A stretch of 64,000 nt of DNA from a virus (lineage: Duplodnaviria > Caudoviricetes): positions 213,198 through 277,197 of the IMG/VR virus record IMGVR_UViG_3300048598_000287, one strand, 5' to 3'. This document shows positions 17,130-27,062 of the stretch, one piece after another. The notes beneath the pieces are model-generated. The model had not been told where the DNA came from, did no database searches, and saw only the letters and a program-made list of their open reading frames with translations. Each line of letters opens with the position of its first letter. Within the stretch, counting starts at the first letter, position 1. Made by a program: the position numbers and the translations under genes.

Positions 17130-18386
17130 ATGAATAATATGATTAATGCTGATATCGACCTGAATTATTCACCTACGAGTGATGCTTCAGGAATCCAGCA
17201 ACCACGTTCCACAGAGGAATCCGCCCAGAGAGATCCTAGACTCTGGTCTACATCTCTTACGGATGAAGTAAAGTCCTATTTTGCCCAACTCCGGATCCTT
17301 CCAAATCCAACACCAACGTCTGATGGAAAGGTTACCTTGAACGGATATCCGTCCAGATGTATTCAGAAGCATAAAATCCGTATTGGAAATTCTAAGTATT
17401 TGACCGCAAAGTGCCTTAAGACTAATAATCCGGATGCATACTGCCCGTATTGTGACTGGGCATGGAAGCGGTATGATATGCTTAAGAAAGCTAATGAAAG
17501 CAATCCGTCTGCGGAACTGTCTTCGGAGATCAAGAAAAATCTGCATAATCTCCCGTTTGAAGTATGGGCCAGCAATATTCTTCTCCGGAATGATCAGGTT
17601 CATCCAGAACTGAATGGGCAGGTGAAAATCTGGGAACATTCGCAGAAGGTGAATGACATTATTGATTATCCGCGTAATCCGGAAGAAGTGGAAAAGCGTA
17701 AAGCGGCTAGAAAAAAGAAGACCATGGCTCCTGCAATTAATCCGCTTGCCTTGCAACAGGTAAAACGGTTTTATCCAGATCATCCAACTTCCGGGCATGA
17801 CTTCATTGTTAGTTGCCGCGAATCTGACAATATCATCGATGGCAATAAGCGTCCGTTGGCTACTTATGAAGGAAGCGCATTTATTGATGATGCTAGTCCT
17901 ATTGCCGCCACTCGTGAAGAGGCTATCGCAATCTTGAATCAATGTGTAAATTTGAATGATTATGCTGCAGAAGGTATAGAATCAGTAGAACAGGCTAAGG
18001 CACATCTGCATAACTGGCTTAGCTCTACTTCTGACGATGTGGAAACCGGTGCTGATAATGCTCAGCCTACTGGAAATGTTCCTGCTGCCAGGGCAAACCC
18101 TAATGTGACTCCTGTTTCTGGAGCGGCATTCGCCCCTGGATACACAAAGCATCCGGCTGCTTCTTCGGTATCTGCGCCGAATAACCAATATGCTGCTCAA
18201 GCGGCGGCTCCTCAGACTGCGGATGATTGGCTGTCTGGAACACCGATATCTCCGGCTACCGTGAATAAGCCTGTTCCTGCGTCTAATATGGCAATGCCGG
18301 CGGCCCCTGCATATTCCGCTCCTGCTGGAACACCGATTAATCAACCGATGGCACCAGGCGGATTTACCGATGACCTGCCGTTTTGA
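17130..18386 (+). CDS. gp32: Single-stranded DNA-binding protein (T4 gp32-like)
   Basis: LRILP, Zn site H...C-x8-CPYC, NILLRND.HPELNGQVKIW, GHDF, long Ala/Pro tail ending DDLPF. Confidence 0.88.
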   Translation: MNNMINADIDLNYSPTSDASGIQQPRSTEESAQRDPRLWSTSLTDEVKSYFAQLRILPNPTPTSDGKVTLNGYPSRCIQKHKIRIGNSKYLTAKCLKTNNPDAYCPYCDWAWKRYDMLKKANESNPSAELSSEIKKNLHNLPFEVWASNILLRNDQVHPELNGQVKIWEHSQKVNDIIDYPRNPEEVEKRKAARKKKTMAPAINPLALQQVKRFYPDHPTSGHDFIVSCRESDNIIDGNKRPLATYEGSAFIDDASPIAATREEAIAILNQCVNLNDYAAEGIESVEQAKAHLHNWLSSTSDDVETGADNAQPTGNVPAARANPNVTPVSGAAFAPGYTKHPAASSVSAPNNQYAAQAAAPQTADDWLSGTPISPATVNKPVPASNMAMPAAPAYSAPAGTPINQPMAPGGFTDDLPF

Positions 18387-18392
18387 TCAATG

Positions 18393-18421
18393 AAAAAGGG
18401 TGCGCCAAGCGCACCCTTTTT
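18393..18421 (+). terminator. Rho-independent terminator
   Basis: AAAAAGGGTGCGC-CAA-GCGCACCCTTTTT. Confidence 0.9.
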
Positions 18422-18465
18422 GTTGTAATGGAAAAATGTATTTTAAATAAAACAACGAGTATAAT

Positions 18466-19557
18466 ATGATAGTATTAAATTGCGTCTCATCTTCTCTTAG
18501 AATAATGGCCAGCATTCTTTCTGGACTAAATGATTATTCTGAACCGGTAAAAATGACATTTAATGAAAAGTCTATCCGGCTTACATTAAAATGCGGCCTG
18601 TCATTTGATGTTGATGTGAGTGAAGAATCTGAAGATATGGAAGGATTTCCAGAAGGAAGCGTCTGTTATGTGAGCGCTAAATATCTAGGGATATCCATCA
18701 ATGCATGCATAGACTCATCATGTATGATGTTGATTAAAGAATCGGACGGAACTATTCATCTTGGCGCTGATCAAGTAAAGTCAGCTGATGGATCCGATGA
18801 ATTCGGATATGAAGTGGAATTTAAGTCAGTTGATCCATTTGATGAGAAACCGTTTTCTGACGGAGGAATATCATTCACAATGGAACAGAGCGATATGGTG
18901 GAGCTTATGGGAATATCCGAATCATTCGGAAGTGTTGACATATGCAGAAACACCGGAGTCGTGTCATATAGATCAGGAAATGATATTATTACGGTAGTTA
19001 CCAAGTATAATATCAGTAATGCAGGAAATTCCAAGTCATCTCCTAATTTTGAAATAAATTTGACGGAAGAAATAGTGCGCATGCTAGCTTTTATGGGAAA
19101 TGGGACTATAGATATATCCATCGATGAAACTAATTCATTGATCAAGGCAGATGACGGAAAGATGCAGCTTATAGCAAGTTATGAAAAAAGAAAGTATGAC
19201 ACTGCAACGTTTAAAAATGGAAATACTAAATTCATAATATCCGGTAATGATTTTGGCGCTATTATTCCAGCGTTGTGTGGGAGCCTTTCCGAAAAATCTA
19301 ATGATGAAAAGATAGACTTTAATTGGGTGTCAACAAATTCCGTTGGTGTATCGTGGAAGAATCCATATGGGGAAAGTTATATTAATGTGGAATGCGGGGA
19401 TTCTAATAAGTTCGAGCCATTCTCCATTGGATGTTCTACTCTAGCCATACTTCTTGGGGCGGTGCATGATTCATCCGTAATGTTCTGCGAGAACGGTGAT
19501 GGGAAGAATATTGCATTATGCACATGTCGTAGATATCAGCGAAAGTTAATTTTTTGA
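18466..19557 (+). CDS. Hypothetical protein, possibly a three-domain (DnaN/beta-type) sliding-clamp fold
   Basis: 363 aa, the size of a beta clamp. A threefold beta-alpha pattern (CYVSAKYL / FEINLTEEIVRML / FSIGCSTLAILL), and adjacent to the gp45-like gene. Confidence 0.4.
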   Translation: MIVLNCVSSSLRIMASILSGLNDYSEPVKMTFNEKSIRLTLKCGLSFDVDVSEESEDMEGFPEGSVCYVSAKYLGISINACIDSSCMMLIKESDGTIHLGADQVKSADGSDEFGYEVEFKSVDPFDEKPFSDGGISFTMEQSDMVELMGISESFGSVDICRNTGVVSYRSGNDIITVVTKYNISNAGNSKSSPNFEINLTEEIVRMLAFMGNGTIDISIDETNSLIKADDGKMQLIASYEKRKYDTATFKNGNTKFIISGNDFGAIIPALCGSLSEKSNDEKIDFNWVSTNSVGVSWKNPYGESYINVECGDSNKFEPFSIGCSTLAILLGAVHDSSVMFCENGDGKNIALCTCRRYQRKLIF

Positions 19558-19564
19558 TACAATG

Positions 19565-19585
19565 ACCGGCTAATGCCGGTTTTTT
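19565..19585 (+). terminator. Rho-independent terminator
   Basis: ACCGGC-TAAT-GCCGGTTTTTT. Confidence 0.8.
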
Positions 19586-19643
19586 GTTGCCATAACTGAA
19601 AAAATATGTATATTTAACTGAACTTAACCAAATAGAGTCATTT

Positions 19644-20555
19644 ATGGGAAAAATTCATATAAGTCCGGAATTTTTTAATATACTTAAAACGACCAATTCA
19701 ATGATGAAGATGAAGGCCGTGCTTATATTTAAAGGAAAGACGTCGGACAATAGATACACCGGAAAATATTATTTTAACGCAATATGTGACAGCGCGTTGA
19801 TTCATGTTATACTTACTGATAATGACGTATCATTTGATGATGACCGTTTTCAGATAGCGTCTCTTAATGATTTCATAAAGTATGCGGAAACCGCAGGTTA
19901 TCCAAAATGTGACATATCGGTCAGAAGAGAAAGATCTATACGAGGAATGGAATATGATAACATCATATTCAATGGGCGGGATAAAGAGGCCCGTATCGGG
20001 GTTGCTGATGACAGTGTATATGTCGATAATAATTATATGAAGATTTTCAGTGATCGCAGTGCCGACAAACTTAGGTTTGTAGCTAAACTTGGATTTAATC
20101 CTTCCGCAATGAGTGACATCGCAAAAGATATAAAACTGATGAAGTCTTGCAAAGCGGTATCCGTCGCTGTCGATGAGAAATTTAATTGTAAGTTTCTTAT
20201 AAAGGGAAACGGAACCCAGCAGATAACCAGAAAAATAGATTCCCGGTATTTTTTCATTGAAAATGAACAGTTCTGTAAGGAAGCGTTCAATGAGAAGACC
20301 CCTCAAAGATTATTTCCTTCTGGGGCATTCAGATTCATCGATACCTTCGGGGAAGATACAGAGATTGAACTTAGGCATTATAAATCGGCATCAAATGACA
20401 TTTTGACAATGAAGGCCTATATACAAAAGAATGGCGCTATAATTGATTTGACGTCCACCGAAAAGAATCCACCGAGAAGCAAGATAGAAATAGTCATTGG
20501 ATTCAGTGAACTTCAGTATAAGTTGGTTTCTAATGTGGATTATGTAAACGGATGA
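19644..20555 (+). CDS. gp45: Sliding clamp (T4 gp45-like)
   Basis: IHISPEFFNILKTTNS and FQIASLNDFI resemble gp45 MKLSxxTxxxLKNF and IYDLNxFL; replication context. Confidence 0.6.
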   Translation: MGKIHISPEFFNILKTTNSMMKMKAVLIFKGKTSDNRYTGKYYFNAICDSALIHVILTDNDVSFDDDRFQIASLNDFIKYAETAGYPKCDISVRRERSIRGMEYDNIIFNGRDKEARIGVADDSVYVDNNYMKIFSDRSADKLRFVAKLGFNPSAMSDIAKDIKLMKSCKAVSVAVDEKFNCKFLIKGNGTQQITRKIDSRYFFIENEQFCKEAFNEKTPQRLFPSGAFRFIDTFGEDTEIELRHYKSASNDILTMKAYIQKNGAIIDLTSTEKNPPRSKIEIVIGFSELQYKLVSNVDYVNG

Positions 20556-21667
20556 GTAATTTTCAGGATATTCCGGATTCAGATTTGGAATCCGCAGTGC
20601 GTGAGGCATACGGCGATCAGGACCTTGTGGAAGATGTCGGTTTTTTTAATTTTGTATGCCCATATTGTGGAACCATTTCTGAAAATCCAATGGCAAAAAT
20701 AAAGCGGAAGGCATATGTATATACAAACACATGGATGTTCATCTGTTATAAATGCCTTAGGGAACACCATGTGATGGTGGATTTTAAAGAATCATATCCT
20801 GAAATTTACAAGAGACTTATTTTTCAGAAATATGGACATCATGGGCAGAAAAAACAGCCATCATATAAAAAGGTATATATCAATGGCGCATATAACTTTA
20901 AAGATGGAGAACTCGTTCCTCTTGATGATCTATATGACGCAGATGCTATCCGTGCTGCTGATTTCTGCCGTAAGCGGAATATCAGGCAGGATGTATATTC
21001 CAGATGGTTTGTATGCAAGAGAGGCAAGCAATTTTTAGATAGAAATCCTGATGGTAGCGTTAAGCTTAATAAGCTTGGCTTTCCAATAGGAAATGAATAT
21101 GGAAACCGGCTTATAATTCCATACTATCGATTCGGCGGGACATGGATACAGTTTGATGCGAGATCGCTAGATCCTAATAATACGCTGCGCTATAGAAATT
21201 ATACCGGGGCAAAACGAGAGTTATATAATGGTGATTTCATTCATTTTGACCGCCAATTTTATATTCTTGAAGGATCAATCGATTCAACGTTTATTAAAAA
21301 TTCGGTTGCTATAGGTGGACTTCAACACTTTATGTCATTTGTTAATGAGAATCCTGATATATTGAAATATAAGAAGAACTGCACGATTCTTTTTGACGCT
21401 GATGACCCTGGGATAAGTGATTTAAGAAAAGTCATGAAACTTGGGTTTAACTGGTTTGATTGGTCAAAACTTATAAATGACAATAAGGATTCTGCGTCGT
21501 ATGGAAAGCCTGTAAAGGATGTTAATGACGCGGTTTTAAACTGCAGCTCAATAAAGATGACATCAGATGGATGTATAGACCCGGAATTCATATCTGGGAG
21601 GACATATTCTTCTGAAGCAGGAATAATGATGCTTAATCTTAAGTATGGAGCTCCTAAGAAGCGTTAA
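20552..21667 (+). CDS. gp61: DNA primase (T4 gp61-like)
   Basis: Zn finger CPYCG...CYKC, RLIIPY, DARSL, TOPRIM ILEGSIDS and LFDAD, KDVND. Confidence 0.92.
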   Translation: MSNFQDIPDSDLESAVREAYGDQDLVEDVGFFNFVCPYCGTISENPMAKIKRKAYVYTNTWMFICYKCLREHHVMVDFKESYPEIYKRLIFQKYGHHGQKKQPSYKKVYINGAYNFKDGELVPLDDLYDADAIRAADFCRKRNIRQDVYSRWFVCKRGKQFLDRNPDGSVKLNKLGFPIGNEYGNRLIIPYYRFGGTWIQFDARSLDPNNTLRYRNYTGAKRELYNGDFIHFDRQFYILEGSIDSTFIKNSVAIGGLQHFMSFVNENPDILKYKKNCTILFDADDPGISDLRKVMKLGFNWFDWSKLINDNKDSASYGKPVKDVNDAVLNCSSIKMTSDGCIDPEFISGRTYSSEAGIMMLNLKYGAPKKR

Positions 21668-23966
21668 GCTTATCATTATGGTCTTTAGCATAGGCATTAT
21701 CCCAATTGCTACTATCTGAAAGATTGCTATTGGATATTTTTACCGGAACATTAGGAAGAATCTTAGATAAGTCTATCTCGCTATTATCAAATTCGGATAG
21801 GCTAGGATCATCCTGAGATACTTCTAGGTGAATACAAGGATCGGTTTCAACTGGTCCATAACCTTTGGGAGCGAAAAATTGTCTGAGAACGGTCTGATAC
21901 GAATTATCTTTTTTACCACGGGTAGTATTTTTATATGTTTGTGATGAGAGATAGCATATGGTTGAAAACTTTTTAAGTTGCGCTTCGGTCACTTTAGGAT
22001 TTTTAGCATATACTACGCTTGTCGCTATATCTGCGCATTGAGCTTCTTTAGGATCTCTTGTATGATTTGACACTGGATTATTGGTACCGTATGCCTTGCA
22101 TTTAGCTATCATTGCGTCTAACGCTGCATCGGCGCCAGAAGAATTGGACGGGAACGGGTATTTTGCATATGCCTGCGTATATGCCGAATTTCCTGCCGAA
22201 TCCGTAACAATCCTTCCGTTTTTTGCCACTTTTGGAGTCATTCCAGTATCACCCTTTCCATAATATTTATACCATATTCTTGCATATTCGTCATTCACCG
22301 ATTTTCCTTTAGCTGCATATGAACAGTTGGGCTGCCCGGTTTTTTGCATGTTCCTGAACATTATTTCCGCTTGTTTTTCCGGGCTCCTATATAATGACGT
22401 TACCATTACATATTTAACTCCGGCCAGCCGGCATAGGTAAGTGATCACATTTTTAGTACGTGTACTCATATTTCCTTCTTGGGCTTTGACGTCTATGGTT
22501 ACGTCAGTCGCCGGAGGAGCGCTAGAAGCCTTATTTTCATGAACAAGTATGGTTGATTTGAAGAGACCTGGAAGATTTCTGGAAACCATCGAGATTCTTT
22601 TACACTTGCTGTCTATTTTTGCTGGGTCTTCCCCATATTCAGGAGGATTGAATCCAACGTATTTATATATTAGATTGGCTTCATCTACTCGGCGTTTTCT
22701 CATTTTTGCATCAAGCGTTTCAGGATTTGTAGCAAAGGTAAGCCGGGAAAGTATATCGGCTATGTAGGTGAAATATTTATTTGCAATTTTGTCATCTCTA
22801 GGAACGCCTTCCACTGTTATGGATGATGTCATATTGGCATCTGATACAACCAGTTTGCCATTTAGTATGTATCTATCGCCTTTAAGAGGAACAATGGACA
22901 TGGGCTTTGAATATCCTATATGGTAAGACATTCCTGTTCTAAGGCAATAACTAAGGAATGACGATGTGGAGAATGATGAATTATCGCATACGAAACCGGT
23001 AGTTTTAAGATAACTTACCAGGGCAGTCTTTACAGCATCCGGGCATGAATTATGAGAAAGCATTCCCCAATGATAATACGGCCAGTTTTGGGTGTATATT
23101 ATGGCACCCCATACGGAAAGCTGTATATATCTGTAATATGAAAAGCGCATCTGATCATTCGTAAGAGATATTGCCTTTTCTTTATCCGATAATGAGTTTG
23201 TTGATTTTTTTGCTGATGCGCTCAAAATAAGTTCAAACTGTTCCTCTGTTATTCCTCCTTTTAAGTCTCCCTGCGGTTCTCCTTTTTCGTCCACGGTGAT
23301 TACGGCGAATATCTTTTTAAGTACCATTAATTTTGAGGTTCCGCCTATATTAAGAGGTATTCCTGCACCAATCATAAGTGATCCGGACGATTCATATATT
23401 GAGGCGCTTTTCTTTAATTCGTGATCATACAGAAATGACCAGTCAGGCATAAAATGTCCGGGAGGAAAACATGATCCCATGCTTATGGGAAGTCCGCCTA
23501 GTCCAATTAAAAGAGGTGGCATGATATCTATATCATATGGATTAAGCCCCATCATGGCGGCATTCGCCGTATACATTCCTTCTGCCGATGCCCCTATAGG
23601 AGCAAGAGCCTCTGTCGCGCTTAATCCAGATTTGATAGCGTCCGTCTGGGCTTTTGTGCATGTAAGATATCCATCAAGCTTATTGACGATTTCTTCCATT
23701 TTGGTGGACATGACGCCATAACTGTCATTTCCTAGAAAATCTTTCATCATATCGGAAATGGCGCTTGCAAGGGCGCTCATCCTACGCTTATTATAATCGG
23801 GGACAGAATCTCTTTGCCATTGAGTTAGCCCATTGTCTTCATCATCTATATCATAGAATCCATATTTATTCAATATCGAATAAAAGGTTCCTTCCCGTTC
23901 CGATGTCCTTGATGCGGCATCATCTATGGAAGTTTTTAACTCACCCGTGTAATGACCCGCTATCAT
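21654..23966 (-). CDS. Multidomain peptidoglycan hydrolase: pesticin/T4-lysozyme-like domain plus peptidase M15-like domain
   Basis: DWSFLYDHE...SGSLMIGAGIPL and RRVDEANLI (muramidase-like); VTSLYRSPEKQA, SNH, ADI, CIHLEV (M15 Zn ligands H/D/H). Confidence 0.6.
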   Translation of the reverse strand: MIAGHYTGELKTSIDDAASRTSEREGTFYSILNKYGFYDIDDEDNGLTQWQRDSVPDYNKRRMSALASAISDMMKDFLGNDSYGVMSTKMEEIVNKLDGYLTCTKAQTDAIKSGLSATEALAPIGASAEGMYTANAAMMGLNPYDIDIMPPLLIGLGGLPISMGSCFPPGHFMPDWSFLYDHELKKSASIYESSGSLMIGAGIPLNIGGTSKLMVLKKIFAVITVDEKGEPQGDLKGGITEEQFELILSASAKKSTNSLSDKEKAISLTNDQMRFSYYRYIQLSVWGAIIYTQNWPYYHWGMLSHNSCPDAVKTALVSYLKTTGFVCDNSSFSTSSFLSYCLRTGMSYHIGYSKPMSIVPLKGDRYILNGKLVVSDANMTSSITVEGVPRDDKIANKYFTYIADILSRLTFATNPETLDAKMRKRRVDEANLIYKYVGFNPPEYGEDPAKIDSKCKRISMVSRNLPGLFKSTILVHENKASSAPPATDVTIDVKAQEGNMSTRTKNVITYLCRLAGVKYVMVTSLYRSPEKQAEIMFRNMQKTGQPNCSYAAKGKSVNDEYARIWYKYYGKGDTGMTPKVAKNGRIVTDSAGNSAYTQAYAKYPFPSNSSGADAALDAMIAKCKAYGTNNPVSNHTRDPKEAQCADIATSVVYAKNPKVTEAQLKKFSTICYLSSQTYKNTTRGKKDNSYQTVLRQFFAPKGYGPVETDPCIHLEVSQDDPSLSEFDNSEIDLSKILPNVPVKISNSNLSDSSNWDNAYAKDHNDKLNAS

Positions 23967-24673
23967 TTGCGTCTCCTTAATTTTATCATTAGATCGCCGT
24001 TTTCGCCATTATTCTTACCGCTGTTTCCTTTTCCAATGAATCTATAGTCCATCGTTTTTCCGTCATGATAGAATGACATAGTTACGTCTTTTTTAATATA
24101 TCCGGTACCGCCGCATATATTGCATGCTTCCTTTACTTCAAGACCTTTTCCCATGCAGTTCAGGCATTTTGTAACGACATCCTTTGCACCTTCGCTGGAT
24201 GATATTACTGACCTTATTTTCCCTTTTCCCCCGCATTTAGGGCATTTTCTGAATTTGCTGGCCCCGGTGCCGGAACAATTATAACACATCGAATTTCGTG
24301 AATATGTAATTGGAATTTGCCCTGGCATAAAGAGCTTTTCTTTAGAAATCCGGATGGTTTTAGTTATATTACGTCCTTTTTTCTGCATACTTTTTCCAGT
24401 AGGCTTTTTACCGAAGTTTTTGGCTATATTACATTCTCCGAAAAGCTTTGACCATAAGGTGAAGTCAGAATGGAACGAATGCTCCTTATCATATTTTGCC
24501 CTGAGTTCCTTAGTTTTTATAAGATCATATGCTTCTGTTATATCTGCCATTTTACTTGCGGTGTCTGCACCGGAATGATCTGGATGATATTTTATGGCAA
24601 GCGATCTATATGCTTTTTTAATGTCATCATCTGACATTTCCCGGGTTACGCCCATTGTTATATATGGATCCAT
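23963..24673 (-). CDS. dnaJ: DnaJ-like co-chaperone (J domain plus Zn finger, shortened C-terminus)
   Basis: IKKAYRSLAIKYHPD and four CxxCxGxG repeats. Confidence 0.93.
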   Translation of the reverse strand: MDPYITMGVTREMSDDDIKKAYRSLAIKYHPDHSGADTASKMADITEAYDLIKTKELRAKYDKEHSFHSDFTLWSKLFGECNIAKNFGKKPTGKSMQKKGRNITKTIRISKEKLFMPGQIPITYSRNSMCYNCSGTGASKFRKCPKCGGKGKIRSVISSSEGAKDVVTKCLNCMGKGLEVKEACNICGGTGYIKKDVTMSFYHDGKTMDYRFIGKGNSGKNNGENGDLMIKLRRRK

Positions 24674-24696
24674 GCTAAGCCTCGTTTTTCAATAAA

Positions 24697-24749
24697 TAGT
24701 TTATAATGCAGTGAAAGGCAGTTTTCGGATATCGCCGGAGTATAAACTA
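24697..24749. promoter_or_regulatory. Divergent pair of TATAAACTA motifs (24697-24705 minus, 24741-24749 plus)
   Basis: Two exact copies pointing at dnaJ and at the 24775 operon. Confidence 0.8.
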
Positions 24750-24774
24750 TATTCGCACGAATTAGGGCTGAATA

Positions 24775-25122
24775 ATGAATTGGAAAAAGCAAGTTAATAA
24801 ATTATACAGCAGAAAAACGGGAAGAAAGGCACGGATGTTTCCAGGATCTGTTGGCATGGGATACGGACCTGCTTATCCGGATTCTGGAAATTTCGATATG
24901 TCGTCCGTTCCTGGAGGATCAGCCGGAGATGGCGGTATGTCTGGCGGTTCTGCTGCCATAGGTGAATCAATTGAATCGGGAAATGAAGATGACGATCTTT
25001 TGATGAGTGATGATGATAAGCTTCTATATGCGATTCGTGGAATAATTGAAAATGCCAAAATAGCATATGAGTCAATCTCCGGAGTGCCATATGAAGATGA
25101 TGAACAATCGGAAGGGAAATAA
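24775..25122 (+). CDS. Hypothetical late protein (Gly-rich/acidic)
   Basis: 115-aa ORF after the late motif. Confidence 0.7.
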   Translation: MNWKKQVNKLYSRKTGRKARMFPGSVGMGYGPAYPDSGNFDMSSVPGGSAGDGGMSGGSAAIGESIESGNEDDDLLMSDDDKLLYAIRGIIENAKIAYESISGVPYEDDEQSEGK

Positions 25123-25127
25123 CTAAT

Positions 25128-27053
25128 ATGAAATCAGAATTGTTTGCAGATACTGTGGATGATATATATCAGAAGAGCTTATCAGACGTTCCGGAGGAAA
25201 ATTTTCCTATAACAGATTTCCTTAATGATGAATTTGTGTCTGACTTTATAACGGCATTTAATGGAAGCAAACTCAATGGTGATTCTTTGACACCGGAAAT
25301 GGTTAAGTCATTGTTTTCTGAAATAGAGGAAGATAGAAATGCAGTTAATTCTGATGCTATGCATACTGGAATATCTGATATTTCTGATGATATGTCTATA
25401 TTGCAGAATTTCATAGATGGCAAGCGCAGATTCGATTCTATGGTTAATACCGCATATCATGATGTATGCAATTCAGGAAACGGTAAGGACTGTGCTGAAA
25501 TGATAGCCAAGGTAAGAGACCGTATGGCAAAACCGGCTCTTATATCTGGAGATACCCAGAATGTAAACTTATCGGATTATGAATCCGTCGGAAAGTATTA
25601 TTCTGGAATAGGCCTTTTATCAGGAAATGATGGTACTGCTTTTAACATGCAGTATGCAATGAATCATCCTGAAGTATCCGAAGAATTTTTAGCCCTAATA
25701 TCCTCCATAGTAAGCAAGACATATACAGTCGCCGATCTAGATGCTCTACGATGGGCAGCTAAGATATCAAAGCCATATTGGACGGCAAGAAAATCAGGAA
25801 AATACCAGGATAGCCAGTCTAAGGAAATCGCTGATAAGCTTGGCGATTTATACATGGCAACGACGGTTAGTTACAGGGCAATAATGTCAAATTCGGAAAA
25901 ATCGGATGGTAAAATATCTGATTCAGACGGATATCTATATATAGTAAAGCCACTGATAATTACAGGTAAGATGACGTATTCTGATGATGGAAACATGATA
26001 ATTTCTGAAAAAAGTGTGGATTCATCAGACATATCATCAATGATGGATAAAATAGAATCCGCCGTGTTTTCATTTTCCGGATATACGGATGAAACCCATG
26101 TGCTTTCATATCCTTCTGGAGCAGTGGAAAATGCAAGCTCGCTAGAAAAATATATACATCTTGTTAATAAGGTTAAATCGGCTGGTAGCGATGGATACCG
26201 GCTTATTAACATAGTGAAACTATATATTCTCGCTATGGCATTTGCCACTGAATTTGATGGAAGATCGGCGGTGCCCTCAATTGAATCAGAAAAAAAGATA
26301 GAGGCATACATAGGGGATATGTGCACTAAGTTCAGTGAATTTAACATATCTAAAAATGATATATTCAATATATACATATTGTTCACCTCTTCCATCCCAA
26401 GACTTCCGTTTGAAAAATACGTAGCAAGGAAAAAGGACTTATATAATGGCATTTATGAATTTGTCGATCAATGCCGGGAAAATGAGATAACCGACACATC
26501 TATGGAAGAAAAGGCAGATACCATGAATGTGATCAATGCGATTAATGGAAAGTTTTCTACTGTTCAGATTAACTTAAAGACATCCAAGATAACGGTATCT
26601 CATGAAATAACTGATTCCGATGTATTTTCCATATGTGACTTTTTAGGTGAATCCCTTACATCATCCATTAAAAATGAAAACCGATTCATGAATTATATCG
26701 TCGGCTCCGTGTTTAAGGACTTTTCTCAGAAAATTAGTACAGGAATATCTAAGCCTATTTCCGATGCCGTTGTTACATCTGCATTTTGCAGAGAAGAATT
26801 TAACCGGCTAATGTCAATTGGTAAAAAGATGAATTACATCATATCTCCACAGCAGGGAATTTATTCTCTTGATGTTAGCAAATCCAAGGATAAATCATTC
26901 GCGGATTATTCTGAAGAGCTGCGAAAATATGTAAGAAACTGCTCGTATGATGCTTTTGTTAAAGAGTTCGGAAAATCTCCGGAAAATGGGTTCTCCCTAC
27001 GTTATGTAAGCATGATGAATAAGATGATTGGGAAAAATGCGGAGAACGCATAA
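25128..27053 (+). CDS. Hypothetical protein (641 aa)
   Basis: Long ORF in a late operon; no motif recognised. Confidence 0.75.
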   Translation: MKSELFADTVDDIYQKSLSDVPEENFPITDFLNDEFVSDFITAFNGSKLNGDSLTPEMVKSLFSEIEEDRNAVNSDAMHTGISDISDDMSILQNFIDGKRRFDSMVNTAYHDVCNSGNGKDCAEMIAKVRDRMAKPALISGDTQNVNLSDYESVGKYYSGIGLLSGNDGTAFNMQYAMNHPEVSEEFLALISSIVSKTYTVADLDALRWAAKISKPYWTARKSGKYQDSQSKEIADKLGDLYMATTVSYRAIMSNSEKSDGKISDSDGYLYIVKPLIITGKMTYSDDGNMIISEKSVDSSDISSMMDKIESAVFSFSGYTDETHVLSYPSGAVENASSLEKYIHLVNKVKSAGSDGYRLINIVKLYILAMAFATEFDGRSAVPSIESEKKIEAYIGDMCTKFSEFNISKNDIFNIYILFTSSIPRLPFEKYVARKKDLYNGIYEFVDQCRENEITDTSMEEKADTMNVINAINGKFSTVQINLKTSKITVSHEITDSDVFSICDFLGESLTSSIKNENRFMNYIVGSVFKDFSQKISTGISKPISDAVVTSAFCREEFNRLMSIGKKMNYIISPQQGIYSLDVSKSKDKSFADYSEELRKYVRNCSYDAFVKEFGKSPENGFSLRYVSMMNKMIGKNAENA

Positions 27054-27062
27054 GGAGGCGAT

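Noticed and set aside
17187-17942. 251-aa antisense ORF over gene 32, and the many other short antisense ORFs in the track
   Set aside because: Fully nested opposite well-supported genes, with no independent signals.
5631-21667. Introns or inteins in the replication genes
   Set aside because: ORFs are continuous and near the expected size; no intein splice motifs or homing endonuclease motifs seen.
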